A DNA stretch of 61,668 nucleotides, filler included, from Squatina squatina (lineage: Eukaryota), in NCBI GenBank assembly GCA_031763465.1. It is 3 parts of 3 records of this genome, joined end to end, with 100 filler letters (N's around TTAATTAATTAA, not from the genome) between each part and the next. Parts side by side here need not be neighbours in the genome. Positions count along the whole stretch, not along the records: positions 26,362 to 46,994 come from JARFOE010000013.1; 2 more parts are not named here. One strand, 5' to 3'. Each line of letters opens with the position of its first letter. The first letter of the stretch is position 1. Under the pieces are notes generated by a model, which saw nothing but the letters and a program-made list of their open reading frames with translations, searched no databases and was not told the DNA's origin. Of the stretch, positions 27,128-39,176 are shown one piece after another. Position numbers and translations under genes: made by a program.

Positions 27128-27235
27128 AATTACACTACATAGAATCTACAGCACAGAAACAGACCATTCGGCCCAACTGATCTGTGCTGGTGTTTATACT
27201 CCACACGAGCCTCTTCCCATTCTCATTACCTCTTC
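27128..27235 (-). mobile_element. CR1-type 3' tail fragment
   Basis: catagaatctacagcacagaaacagaccattcggcccaac. Confidence 0.6.
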
Positions 27236-27805
27236 TCACACGGCGCGCCCCCCCCACCCTCTCCNNNNNNNNNNNNNNNNNNNNNNNNNNNNNNNNNNNN
27301 NNNNNNNNNNNNNNNNNNNNNNNNNNNNNNNNNNNNNNNNNNNNNNNNNNNNNNNNNNNNNNNNCAATCTTTAGGTGCTTTTCCTATTTCCAATGAATCT
27401 CTAAAAATGTTCCCAAGTTTCCAAGTGGGCAAAGTTCCCAGATGTCCGACAAGAAAAAAGTCAGTGTTCAGGTCTCTATTCTCTGCTGAATTGACTTCAG
27501 ATCCCATTCAAACCTGGTATAGATTTCCTTTTGTGTGGTTGCAATGGTTGCTATGTAGCACTCACCGATCTCATGGCTGAACAATGAGAATAGCTCAATA
27601 AACTTCCACTTTTTTTTAAAACCCTATGGGACATTAGGCCAGCATTCCACGTTGCGATAAGGTTTGATATCTCTGTATTTTGACCAATGTTCAGTTTTCT
27701 CCACCAGCTCCTTTTTATCATTGACATTTTATTTGATTTTACTGCACTTCGAGTTAGACCTTGTATAGGTTCTCTGAGTGAATATTTTGTGTTTCCTCAT
27801 TTTAG

Positions 27806-27885
27806 ATGCTGCAAAAACATTCAGTGTGGTGGTCTTTCACTGCAGGCACATGTTTCACAAGGATTGCCTTCCTACTCCTGGCATG
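27806..27885 (+). CDS. VPS41: VPS41 penultimate exon (RING-H2 core)
   Basis: ttttag|AT GCT...ATG|gtatgt, 80 nt; (D)AAKTFSVVVFHCRHMFHKDCLPTPGM vs human DAAKPFSVVVFHCRHMFHKECLPMPSM. Confidence 0.96.
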
Positions 27886-28134
27886 GTATGTTGTTGACTA
27901 CGACAGTTTATGTAGAGTAACAAAGGCCATGTCATTTGTTGGAATCTTACTTCCATTTTTGCTGCATGTGCATTGTTGTTGTATCTTGCCATATTTGTGG
28001 GCATATTCGTCTAACTCTCTATTGCTACAAATTGCGACTGGTAATAGTGATTCCCAGACAGTTTCTTTTCCAACTTCATATAAAACTTGGGGAAAAAAAT
28101 TCTATAACTACAACAGAAATATGTTTCCACTTAT

Positions 28135-28183
28135 AGGGTGCAGTAGCATAGTGGTTATGTTACTGGACTAGTAATCCCGAGGC
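28135..28183 (+). mobile_element. tRNA-derived SINE head, interrupted by the Penelope element
   Basis: A-box-like TAGCATAGTGG followed by ttactggactagtaatcc. Confidence 0.5.
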
Positions 28184-28185
28184 AG

Positions 28186-28434
28186 AAGCGAAATACTGCG
28201 GATGCTGGAATCTAGAATACAAACAAAAAAAAAACTGCTGGAAAAACTCAGCAGGTCAGGCAGCATCTGTGGAGAGAAAAAGAGAGTCAGCGTTTCGGGT
28301 CGATGACCCTTCGTCAGAACTGAAAAAAGCCAGAAATACAGCAAGTTTTAAAGCACTAACAGGCAAAGGGGTGGGGGGTGGGAGGGGAGAGGGAAGGACA
28401 AAGGGTAACATAATAGTGTGATTGTCTGGAAGGC
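28186..28434 (-). mobile_element. Penelope-like element 3' end (pseudo-LTR)
   Basis: Homologous to 60352-60490, which continues into a GIY-YIG C-terminus; carries a hammerhead core. Confidence 0.8.
28285..28322 (-). ncRNA. Minimal type I hammerhead ribozyme motif (degenerate at the cleavage site)
   Basis: Minus strand cagtt-CTGACGA-a-GGGTC-atc-GACCC-GAAA-cgct-gact. Confidence 0.6.
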
Positions 28435-29233
28435 ANNNNNNNNNNNNNNNNNNNNNNNNNNNNNNNNNNNNNNNNNNNNNNNNNNNNNNNNNNNNNNNNN
28501 NNNNNNNNNNNNNNNNNNNNNNNNNNNNNNNNNNNNNNNNNNNNNNNNNNNNNNNNNNNNNNNNNNNNNNNNNNNNNNNNNNNNNNNNNNNNNNNNNNNN
28601 NNNNNNNNNNNNNNNNNNNNNNNNNNNNNNNNNNNNNNNNNNNNNNNNNNNNNNNNNNNNNNNNNNNNNNNNNNNNNNNNNNNNNNNNNNNNNNNNNNNN
28701 NNNNNNNNNNNNNNNNNNNNNNNNNNNNNNNNNNNNNNNNNNNNNNNNNNNNNNNNNNNNNNNNNNNNNNNNNNNNNNNNNNNNNNNNNNNNNNNNNNNN
28801 NNNNNNNNNNNNNNNNNNNNNNNNNNNNNNNNNNNNNNNNNNNNNNNNNNNNNNNNNNNNNNNNNNNNNNNNNNNNNNNNNNNNNNNNNNNNNNNNNNNN
28901 NNNNNNNNNNNNNNNNNNNNNNNNNNNNNNNNNNNNNNNNNNNNNNNNNNNNNNNNNNNNNNNNNNNNNNNNNNNNNNNNNNNNNNNNNNNNNNNNNNNN
29001 NNNNNNNNNNNNNNNNNNNNNNNNNNNNNNNNNNNNNNNNNNNNNNNNNNNNNNNNNNNNNNNNNNNNNNNNNNNNNNNNNNNNNNNNNNNNNNNNNNNN
29101 NNNNNNNNNNNNNNNNNNNNNNNNNNNNNNNNNNNNNNNNNNNNNNNNNNNNNNNNNNNNNNNNNNNNNNNNNNNNNNNNNNNNNNNNNNNNNNNNNNNN
29201 NNNNNNNNNNNNNNNNNNNNNNNNNNNNNNNNN

Positions 29234-29825
29234 CGGCCGCCAATGATGGGGCAAAGGAAATTGGGAATGCACAAGGGACCAGAATTGGAAGAATGCAGAG
29301 GTTTGGTGAGTTGTAGAGCTGGAGGAGGTTACAGAGATAGGAAGGGGTGAAGCCATGGAGGGATTTCAACACAAGGATGAGAATTTTAATTTTGAGGAGT
29401 TGCTGGACTGAGTGCCAATGTAGGGCAGTGAGCACTGGGGTGATGGGTGAACGGGACTTAGTGCGAGTTCGGATTCGAGCAGCAGAGTTTTGGATGAGCT
29501 AAAGATTCCGGAGGGTCGATGGAAAATGGGAGGCCAGCCAGGAGAACATTGGAATAGTAGAACTGGGAGTTAACAAAATCATGGGTGAGGATTTCAGCAA
29601 CAGATGGGCGATATTACGGAGGTGCAGGTAGATGCACTGGGTGGTGGAGAGGATTTGGGATCAAAAGTTAAATAGCTCAAGGTGAAATAGAATGTTGAGT
29701 TTCAAACAGTCTGATTCAGCCTGAGGCCATAGCCAGGGAGGGGGATGGAATTGGTCGCTAGGGAATGGAGTTTGTGGCAGGGGCCGAAGATGATGGCTTC
29801 AGTCTTCCCAACATTGAATTAGAGG
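29234..29825 (-). mobile_element. L2-clade LINE 3' coding fragment
   Basis: LTALHWHSVQQLLKIKILILVLKSLHGFTPSYLCNLLQLY matches the L2 C-terminal LHWLP..RI.FK.L...L.G..P.YL pattern. Confidence 0.85.
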
Positions 29826-30436
29826 ATTTTTGTATTGCAAAAATATTATAGAAAGCACTCAAGCCCCATGAAGCAAGTTCTTTTATAGCGGAGTTATTTT
29901 CGCGCAGCTCTGTGTGCTTGCTGTTTCTCGCACTGCATGGTAAGGACGCCCTGTTTGCAGTGTTGGGTAGCTTCCTTAGACATAGAGAAAACCCAATCGG
30001 TCACAAAACATGTCGGGCACAAGCGCATACTTCAACTGAAGCGATTTTTGGGACATTTACTAACAATCTGGGTCTCCTCTAGAAAATATGATAAACAGTC
30101 CCAAATTTCTAAAATAAATAAGTAAATAAAAATCACAATTTTAGCATCAGATCTTTGCCACAGATCTTTCTACTCGTCTTCCCCATTTTAAATGTCTTTG
30201 ATGTGTGGAGTTGCTTATAACATTAGCACAAGCAACAAATAATAAACTAGGGAATCCTGCTGTGAGCTTGTAACCATTTCACTTTAATCCTGTCCTCAAC
30301 AAAAGCTTATCCTGAAGAGCCGAACATGTCACAGTAATGGTCACAACTTTCAGTAAGGTTTCTAATATCCAATGTATTTCAATTTCTTCCTTTTGGGAGC
30401 AGTACTGATTAACATCGGTTTTGTTTTCTTAAACAG

Positions 30437-30496
30437 TTCTGTAACATCTGCAGCGCAAAACGTCGGGGGCCTGCCGGTGGACTGAGTGAGGTTTAA
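30437..30496 (+). CDS. VPS41: VPS41 last coding exon
   Basis: ttgttttcttaaacag|TTC TGT AAC...GTT TAA; FCNICSAKRRGPAGGLSEV* vs human FCNICSAKNRGPGSAILEMKK*; phase fits the previous exon. Confidence 0.93.
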   Translation, partial: FCNICSAKRRGPAGGLSEV

Positions 30497-30627
30497 AACA
30501 TGATGAATTTGACTGAGGACCACTAATACAAAAAATTTAGCCAAATTGTAACATAAGTCATTTTCTGTCAAATATTGGCTTGCTTCTTCAAAGCTTGTAC
30601 TTGTGTGAATGCCAGATGTTAACTCTT

Positions 30628-30827
30628 AATAAAGGTCATTTTAAAATTATCTTAAAAATACCTAAATGCAGTAAGCAGGTTGGTGTCTGTTTTCTTGAAC
30701 TCTGTTTGTCTGTCTTTTATGCAATTACTTTGACCTTTTCACAGGTAGATATGATAATGCTTGCCAAAGTTACAGCCTAGTTAAATTTTCTTTGCCTTTG
30801 CACTTGAACATTACTGTTCTAAATAAA
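30628..30827 (+). terminator. VPS41: Candidate VPS41 polyadenylation signals
   Basis: AATAAA at 30628-30633 and 30822-30827, downstream of the stop codon. Confidence 0.5.
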
Positions 30828-32902
30828 TCTGCGCATCTGATTTACTCTGAGCTGCATGTGTTACCGTGCAGAAGAGGTTAAACATGTATAAAATATCCTG
30901 TGATAACTACTTGTCTAGACATTCCAAACTGGCAGTGGTTATATTTCTTTGTTTGGCCTAGCCTAATGAAACACACTTTGCAGCACACACTGACACAACC
31001 TCCTCTATTTGGATCTTTCTCTGTATACTTTGCGTTAGGTGTTACATAGAATGGAGTGACTGCTGCCAACAACCGGAAGCTGCGCTGAAGTGTACTGCGC
31101 ATTAATCTGGAAGCTCCAATGACCGGAAGCATGACATTTCTGCTTTTTTAAAAAATGAGCCCGCTCAGTTCACGGCTTTTTTTTTAACGAGCTTGCTCCG
31201 TCTACTGTCTGAAATTCCTGCGCAGGCTGCTTGCTAGTTTCTGAATGGGAAAACCACGTATGCGCGGAAGTTCGAATGGGCCGCACAGCTCCTGAAAGGA
31301 ACATTGATCGGGGCCACACACTTTCGAACAGGAGTCACTGGGTCGCAATTGAGAACAAATTGTTCTCCTCCCTAGCACAAGTAGGTTGAAGCCAATTAGT
31401 GTCCGTGCCACCATTCTGTCTGAGACTTGTTAATGTAGGACAGAGTGTGGCTGACTACCTACCTTTGGTTGGCAGCCGTCGGGGCCATTGAAGATTCCTG
31501 AGCATGTGCAGAGATAGATCTGGTTGCCGCATTTCTGGAGATTGCATCACATAACTTTCCACCTTCAACTTAGTCAAACAGGACTTTTACATATAATAAA
31601 TGAAAGTGTTCAAAGGAAATGAAAATAGAAAGCACAATTTTTAAGTGCTCCAATGATGTTTCCCCCAGGGTGTTCGCAGCAGTGTCTGGGAGATTATTCT
31701 TTAATTCTTGGAGGCTGCAGGATCATGCTGGAAGGTTGGGAACCCTAGTCGGGACCTGTTCTGCAGATAGAGCACAGAAAGAGGCCATTCGGCCCATCAT
31801 GCCTGTGTCGGAAACAAATTTCTGAAGGGCAACCCATAGGCATTAGGCCCCTCTTTTACATATTTAGGGGGCCTAACAACTGTTTTAGATGTCTGACTGG
31901 GACTAATTTCTACCCACAGTCTCGATTGTTAAGCGCATGAAGTTTGCAATTACAACTTTGAAATGCTTGCTTTTATTGCTGTGAAGACTTGTAATTACTT
32001 CTAAGCATTCNNNNNNNNNNNNNNNNNNNNNNNNNNNNNNNNNNNNNNNNNNNNNNNNNNNNNNNNNNNNNNNNNNNNNNNNNNNNNNNNNNNNNNNNNN
32101 NNNNNNNNNNATTTAAAAAAAGAGGGATTTGAAAACAAGAATGAGAATTTTTAAATTGAGGTGCATTTTGATGTGTATGAAGAAGACTGTATTTTGTGGA
32201 CAGAATTTAGTGTGCATGTTCCATTCTGCATCTTTTGATAAGCATTTACTTCTTGAGACCTCGTAGAGATAAAACCTATTCCATCAAACAAGCGAAGCTT
32301 TTCAGACAAGTTCCCTGTGAGGCAGACAGAAAAACTGTTTACCACCAGCAAACAGAGCTTGAATCACTTGTATCACCTGCCATTAAAAAACATTTCAGCT
32401 GTTTTGTTGTAGCGCGATTTAACAGCGTTACCACTCCTTTGTTACTGTGCTTTCTCAATGATTGCGGTTATATTGTGTTTCAATATGTTGATTGCTAGGG
32501 TTACATCAATTTAACTCTGGAAATTGAGTTTTGTTGCTGTGCTCATGACCATTTTGATAACTTTGTCATAATATGCTGTATGTAGTGGAATATTATCTTT
32601 AGTTAGAGAATGCAATGTGTTCTGTAAAGTCCTTGATGTTCCCCAGGAAAGATGGTTAATTGACAAGTCTGATCAGTGCTGAGATATATTTTTAAGAACA
32701 TACTGGCAATAATCTTGTATATGAGTCAAAGTAAGAGCCTCAATATTATAATTTGACTTTAGAGTAATTAACTTTAGACACAAATCATTGTTCCCTATAG
32801 AANNNNNNNNNNNNNNNNNNNNNNNNNNNNNNNNNNNNNNNNNNNNNNNNNNNNNNNNNNNNNNNNNNNNNNNNNNNNNNNNNNNNNNNNNNNNNNNNNN
32901 NN

Positions 32903-33140
32903 CAGGACACCAGAATAATTCCACTGTTCTTATCCGAAATAGTGCCATGGAATATTTTGTGTTCACCTGAGAGAACAGATGAAGTCTCAGTCTAATGTAT
33001 CATCTGAAAGATGGCCCCTCCGACAGTGCAGCGCTCCCTCAGTACTGAACTGGAGTGTTAGCATAGATTATGTGGTCAAGTCTCTGGACTTGGTCACACA
33101 ACCTGACTCAGAGATGAGAATGCTGAGCCAAGGCAGACAT
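32903..33140 (-). mobile_element. Deu-domain SINE (SacSINE1-like)
   Basis: catctgaaagatggcccctccgacagtgcagcgctccctcagtactg is the reverse complement of the Deu core. Confidence 0.8.
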
Positions 33141-33646
33141 CTAATAACTTCCTTGAAAATGTTTTTGGTCTCCACACTGTGAAAACCGATCTCCCTCTTC
33201 CATTATTGAGTGGGTTGATAATCTCACACTGGTAGTTTCTTCTGATCAGGAATGCACGCCATGAGCTCTTAAATTGAATGACTCATTTGTCTGTTGGCCC
33301 TGCAGGAAGATTGTGTTTAGAATTAGTTCTTCTTGAGCTAGTAAGTTTTGGCTCCTTTGCCCCTTTAAATGAATGACTCACATAAAAGAAAAATCACAAA
33401 GTGGTTATTAAAATTACACTGCAGTACTAATGGTGCCAGTCAAAACTTAGCTCAAACAGGAGAAAGAAGGCTCGTTAATTTACCAGCATACTTGGAATAC
33501 TGCAGCAGTATGATTATAGGCTTCATTATCGTGATCAAAACCCAATTTTTGCAATTTAAGTGTTGCAGCTCTAGCAGTGACAAGTGCCAATAAAGAGAAT
33601 GCCAGCAGCTTAGATGCCCTGAGGCACTAAACAAACTCTAATACTA

Positions 33647-33818
33647 GGGGCACCCAATTAGACTGCCCTGAGTTTCTGGCGCTAAGGGCAAATTGGGGAG
33701 CGCAAAGTTCAGGGGTGCCCAATTGGCTCTCCAGCGCTAGCGCTAAATGGACGTAGAATGGATGTTAGGGGTCTAACGCCTGATTTTGGCGCTGAGAAAA
33801 TGCGAAATTGGCCTCAGT
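33647..33818. mobile_element. GC-rich MITE end, related to 22175-22290
   Basis: Shared gttcaggggtgcccaattgg / ccaattgggcgccctgaac motif; terminus ...aaattggcct. Confidence 0.4.
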
Positions 33819-34129
33819 NNNNNNNNNNNNNNNNNNNNNNNNNNNNNNNNNNNNNNNNNNNNNNNNNNNNNNNNNNNNNNNNNNNNNNNNNNNNNNNNNN
33901 NNNNNNNNNNNNNNNNNNGTTATGTAGGCATGTTTGGTGGCTATTTCTATATTGTTTGTTTATATACGTGTTTATTGGCATAATACATTTCTACCGCGCT
34001 TTATCACGTGAATACCTCAAAGCGTAATCATTTAGGAATTATTTATGTTTATATGGGTAAGCCTGTATGCATAAATGTATATATACAGCATTGTGTGTAT
34101 ATATATTTGCATACATATATGTGTGTATG

Positions 34130-34221
34130 TGCTGGGTGGGTCGAGGTCGCTTTAAGAGTTTCAGCTGCGGCTGCCTGTTCCAGGTACAGCTCAGGGACTG
34201 AGACACACGCACAGATCAGCC
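34130..34221 (+). promoter_or_regulatory. AMPH: AMPH core promoter and 5' UTR
   Basis: GC-rich segment with TATA-like TTTAAGA (~34150), leading to strong Kozak gccATGG. Confidence 0.5.
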
Positions 34222-34293
34222 ATGGCGGACAACATCAAAACAGGAGTCTTCGCTAAAAACGTTCAGAAACGACTGAACAGGGCCCAGGAAAAG
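34222..34293 (+). CDS. AMPH: Amphiphysin 1 exon 1 (N-BAR helix 0)
   Basis: MADNIKTGVFAKNVQKRLNRAQEK|gtaagg vs human MADIKTGIFAKNVQKRLNRAQEK. Confidence 0.97.
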
Positions 34294-34413
34294 GTAAGGA
34301 ACTGACAAGAACCTCCTTCCTGCTATAGCCTCCTTGGTTTCATTTCGGGAAAGGTACCTTTGTTCTGAGGTCTCCCCCGAACCACTGCTGCAGAGCTGCA
34401 TTGAGCGGAGCGC

Positions 34414-34445
34414 TTCAGCACCAAGAACAAGCGGACAGCGGACAG
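34414..34445 (+). promoter_or_regulatory. Non-canonical (extended-spacer) RE1/NRSE REST site
   Basis: TTCAGCACC-N10-GGACAGC, plus a second GGACAG 7 nt further on; 120 nt into intron 1 of a neuronal gene. Confidence 0.6.
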
Positions 34446-36414
34446 TCACTGAGGTTAGGGAGAGGAGACACGGGGCAGAGCGGAAGGTGGTAGAGGATAG
34501 AACGGGAATAGAAAGGAGAGGGGCGGGGGGAAGGGGAGGGGTGCAGGTGGGTAAATGNNNNNNNNNNNNNNNNNNNNNNNNNNNNNNNNNNNNNNNNNNN
34601 NNNNNNNNNNNNNNNNNNNNNNNNNNNNNNNNNNNNNNNNNNNNNNNNNNNNNNNNNNNNNNNNNNNNNNNNNNNNNNNNNNNNNNNNNNNNNNNNNNNN
34701 NNNNNNNNNNNNNNNNNNNNNNNNNNNNNNNNNNNNNNNNNNNNNNNNNNNNNNNNNNNNNNNNNNNNNNNNNNNNNNNNNNNNNNNNNNNNNNNNNNNN
34801 NNNNNNNNNNNNNNNNNNNNNNNNNNNNNNNNNNNNNNNNNNNNNNNNNNNNNNNNNNNNNNNNNNNNNNNNNNNNNNNNNNNNNNNNNNNNNNNNNNNN
34901 NNNNNNNNNNNNNNNNNNNNNNNNNNNNNNNNNNNNNNNNNNNNNNNNNNNNNNNNNNNNNNNNNNNNNNNNNNNNNNNNNNNNNNNNNNNNNNNNNNNN
35001 NNNNNNNNNNNNNNNNNNNNNNNNNNNNNNNNNNNNNNNNNNNNNNNNNNNNNNNNNNNNNNNNNNNNNNNNNNNNNNNNNNNNNNNNNNNNNNTCCCAG
35101 CACCTTCCATGCTTTGGATTCAAAGTCTGCTTGTAAAGGCTTGCTCTCAGCAGCCGGGCAGTGTTTGTGTATGGGAAGAGTTAACTCGGCCTTGTCCCAA
35201 CAAGCAGTTGACAAATTGTGGAGAGAGATAGGTTCGCTGCTTTGTACTCATCCCCGCCCCCACATGGCTTTTATAAGAGGATTTTCTTTCCTTTAATATC
35301 TCCATACACTCAACCGCCCTAATCCCCAGTCGAATCGTGTTATCTTCACTTCACTGGTACAAAGAGGCTGGGTATCTCACCAGGTTTGCACGTGTCCGAG
35401 CGGATGAAAATAGAAGCTTTCATTTGGTATTAATAGTGGTGAGAGCATCTGGTTTGCAGCCTGTAGTCAGAGAGAGTGTTGGTCTCACTGGTGTGAGCTG
35501 GCTGGTTGGCACTAATTCATAGAGAAAAATCTTTGACTTTTTCCATTGTTATTGATTGGACCAAGGCAGTAACGTAAGCATAAAACCATCTCTTTTATCC
35601 AGAGGCTTATCTATTTCTGCTGACATCAAATAAACAATGTTTCTCTGCCAATATTGAGTAGGAAATCCTCACGAAGTACATTAAGTGTAACTTGATTTGG
35701 CAGTGTGACATTAAGAGAAGTTAAAAACAAAATCAGCATTGCGCAGTACGTGTTTTAAACAGGTGCACTGGTTGGCACTAGGGAATTTAAAAATGGCTAT
35801 GATTACATTATTTGTGATTCTTAATTTATTCACTGTAACATCTAAGGTGGGACTGTTCAAATAACTCCAGCATTTGGTACATTTCTTAACTTGGATGTGT
35901 CATTCATTGCACAGGATCAAACACTTCTGTGATTAAATTATCGAGGAGATTTCACTGTACTCTTTTGAAGTAAGATAGTGCCATCAGGCTGTTTTAATTT
36001 ACTGCTGGATGTACAGTTCAAATTGCCTGTAAAGGTCACCCTCTAAGTGGCCCACTGGAACCATTAGAGGCAGATTTTTCACGATATACTGAAAATTAAT
36101 TGATTTTATATATACATACATATATATAGTGTGTTCGTATCAAAGGCTATGACTGCGACCTACCTGTTCATTCTGATTTGCCTGCCATAGAGAGGTACTA
36201 ACCTTGTGAGATGTAACAGTGACTATTATATTGACTTTAGTGTGACCTTTGAGGTTACAGATCCCCAATGTATAAATATTGCAGTTCTGAATGCACGGTA
36301 AAACAACGTTCAGANNNNNNNNNNNNNNNNNNNNNNNNNNNNNNNNNNNNNNNNNNNNNNNNNNNNNNNNNNNNNNNNNNNNNNNNNNNNNNNNNNNNNN
36401 NNNNNNNNNNNNNN

Positions 36415-36518
36415 AGCAGGGGGATAGGACTGATTGGATAGCTCTTTCAAAGAGCCGGCACAGGCACGATGGGCTGAATGGTCTCCTTCTGCACTGTATG
36501 AATCTATGATCCTATGAT
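36415..36518 (+). mobile_element. CR1 3' end with (TCTATGA)-type tail
   Basis: gccggcacaggcacgatgggctgaatggtctccttctgcactgtatgaatctatgatcctatga. Confidence 0.75.
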
Positions 36519-36715
36519 AGATCTGAAACCACTGACAGTGGAATACAATGTATACTGCAAGCAACCTGTATCACCCACGGTTAAATATTAACAGTTGCCT
36601 CCAGACTGAAGTAATATTCAAGCATCACAATGAATATCTTCTTAACTCCAACACCTTTTAAGTATGATCCAATGTTAAGTAATATCATAATTGTTTTTTG
36701 TTTTTCAATTTGCAG

Positions 36716-36796
36716 GTGCTTCAGAAGCTTGGTAAAGCAGATGAAACAAGAGATGAGCAGTTTGAAGGATTTGTACAGAACTTCAAAAAGCAGGAG
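36716..36796 (+). CDS. AMPH: Amphiphysin 1 exon 2 (BAR)
   Basis: ttgcag|...|gtgagt, 81 nt; [27 protein letters not shown]. Confidence 0.97.
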
Positions 36797-36844
36797 GTGA
36801 GTAAACAAAGATCTTGCATTGATATAGCACCTTCGCACATCTCG

Positions 36845-37020
36845 AGTACTCCCCAAAGCAATTCTCAGCCAATAAATTACTTTTGAAGTGTAATCACTGG
36901 TGTTATGGAGACAAACACGGCAGCCATTTTAGTACACAGCAAATTCCCACAATGAAATTAATAGGCGGTTAATCTGATTTTTTTTGGTGGTGTTGGTTGC
37001 GGGAGCAATGTTGGCCCAGT
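36845..37020 (-). mobile_element. 3' portion of a Deu-SINE family element
   Basis: cccaaagc...cagccaataaattacttttgaagtgtaatcactg...cacagcaaattcccaca; similar to 39921-40100. Confidence 0.55.
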
Positions 37021-37529
37021 AGCATGTCCTGTCATTCAGGCTGGAGAACTAGACACCATTGCTTCATTTTCCAGCAAAAACATGCAGTTAGCTTGTGGTC
37101 TAGTATGAAATAGTGCTCTCTGGCTCCTGATGTAATCATGTCATACTTGGGTGAATAGTAATAAAGCTGTTGATTACCTGTGCAGACACAGCCATAGTCA
37201 GTGCAGGAACCAATCTTTCTACCGATGTCCCTATATTAATTGGCTTCATTAGAAAATGTCTGATGTTCTCCCTCTCCTCTATTTTGTATTCTCCTTTCCT
37301 TTTAAAGTTTGTACACCCTACATCATTTCCTGACTTGTATGGAAAACAACAACAACTACTTGTCTTTAGATCATGCCTTTAATGTAGTAAAACGTTCCAA
37401 GGGGCTTCACAGGAGCATTATCAAACAAANNNNNNNNNNNNNNNNNNNNNNNNNNNNNNNNNNNNNNNNNNNNNNNNNNNNNNNNNNNNNNNNNNNNNNN
37501 NNNNNNNNNNNNNNNNNNNNNNNNNNNNN

Positions 37530-38239
37530 ATTATTATAGTCTATATTATGATATTTGAAGTCCCTCATTATTACTATTCCATAGTTCTTGCATCTCTCTG
37601 TAATTTCTCTGCAAATTTGCTCCTCCATATTTTTCCCATTAGTTGGTGGTCTGTCGAATACACCTAGTAGTGTAATGGCATCTCTATTGGTTCTTAACTC
37701 TAGCTATATAGATTCTATCCTTGACCCCTCCAGTACATCCTCTCTCTGCAGCACTGTAATATTCTCCTTAACCAATAGTGCCACCCCATCTCCTATCTTC
37801 ACTTCCCTATCTTTCCTGAACACCCGACATCCAGGAATATTTAATACCCAATCCTGCCCTTTTTTGAGCCAGGTCTCCATTATTGCTACAAAATCATATT
37901 CCCATGTGGCTATTTGAACCTGAAGCTCACCAACCTTGTTTACTATGCTTTGTGTGTTCACATACATACACTGTAAACCTATTCTAGACCATCCTGTCTT
38001 CTCTTAGTCTGACCCCACCTAACGCCTTACTGTTTCTTACTTTAGTGCTATTGATCCTCCCGATCTTTGTGCCCTTTATTTCTCTTTGCTGATGCTACAT
38101 CCTGGTGCCCATCCCCCTGCCAACCTAGTTTAACCACACCCCTCCTCCGCCTACCCAACAGCACTAGCAAACCTCCCTGTGAGGATATTGGTACCGGCTC
38201 TGTTGAGGTGCAACCCGTCTGGCCTGTACAGGTCCTACC
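37530..38239 (-). mobile_element. CR1 LINE: end of ORF1 plus ORF2 APE endonuclease, decayed
   Basis: YVNTQSIVNKVGEL...VAIMETWL...FRKDR...GDGVALLVKE...DRPP...RDFK, with an internal stop. Confidence 0.9.
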
Positions 38240-38339
38240 NNNNNNNNNNNNNNNNNNNNNNNNNNNNNNNNNNNNNNNNNNNNNNNNNNNNNNNNNNNNN
38301 NNNNNNNNNNNNNNNNNNNNNNNNNNNNNNNNNNNNNNN

Positions 38340-38582
38340 ACAGATAAATATTAGCCAGGACACAGGAGAGAACTCCTCTGCCCTTTGTCGTAATAGTTCC
38401 ATGGGATGTTTATGTCCACCTTGGTTTAATGTCTCATCTGAAAGACAGCACCTCTAACAGTGCAGCGTTCCCTCAGCACTGCACTGGATTATTAGCCTAG
38501 ACTTTGTGCTCAAGTCCCCAGCTGAACCCACTATCTTCTGATTCAGAGGTGAGAGTATTACCAACTGAGCCACAGTTGGCAC
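38340..38582 (-). mobile_element. tRNA-headed Deu-domain SINE
   Basis: Minus strand has A box TGGCTCAGTTGG and B-box-like GGTTCAG, then gcagtgctgagggaacgctgcactgttagaggtgctgtctttcagatgagac. Confidence 0.8.
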
Positions 38583-39176
38583 ACTACACATACCATACCC
38601 CTTGAAGAGAAAAAATACCCGGTATTGACCAATGTGGAGCAACAGTTGAGGTGAGTAGGCATGAAATGAAGAAACAAAATATAATTAAGACTATTCAATA
38701 GTCTTCTCAGCAGCATGGACAGTAGCTGACCTTCATTGGGGGTTGCTGGATCTGTAATGCTGGCTTGGAAATTTATTACACCATTTTAGAGTGACTAATT
38801 ACAAACAGTCATGAACAGGTTGAGTTGTCTAAGTAAGGTTGCAGTGTTTGCCTGATAGCTTCCTTTCATTTTAATTTTAGTTTAGAGAGACCAATGTTTT
38901 GTCTGAGATTGTGTCTGTAACAGAAACCTGGAATTATCATTTTTATTGACCTTCTCAGAAGGTAGACTGTGACAGAGTTCATTTTGCAAAAGACTGCTGG
39001 TGGTCTATTAGATGCTTTTCAGGGGGTGCGGGTGGGAAACAATCTGAAATGTTTGAAAAATTGCTGAGTCACATTTTGTGCTTCAACAGTGAACTGTGTA
39101 TATTATCATTAAATTGTAATGCTTTCCACATATTGCTCACTGACTGAAGACTTTTTTATTATTGTGCTTTTTTCAG

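Noticed and set aside
28256-35296. Long 190-370 aa ORFs in the track around 28.3-29.4 kb and 34.2-35.3 kb
   Set aside because: Almost entirely X residues from N gaps
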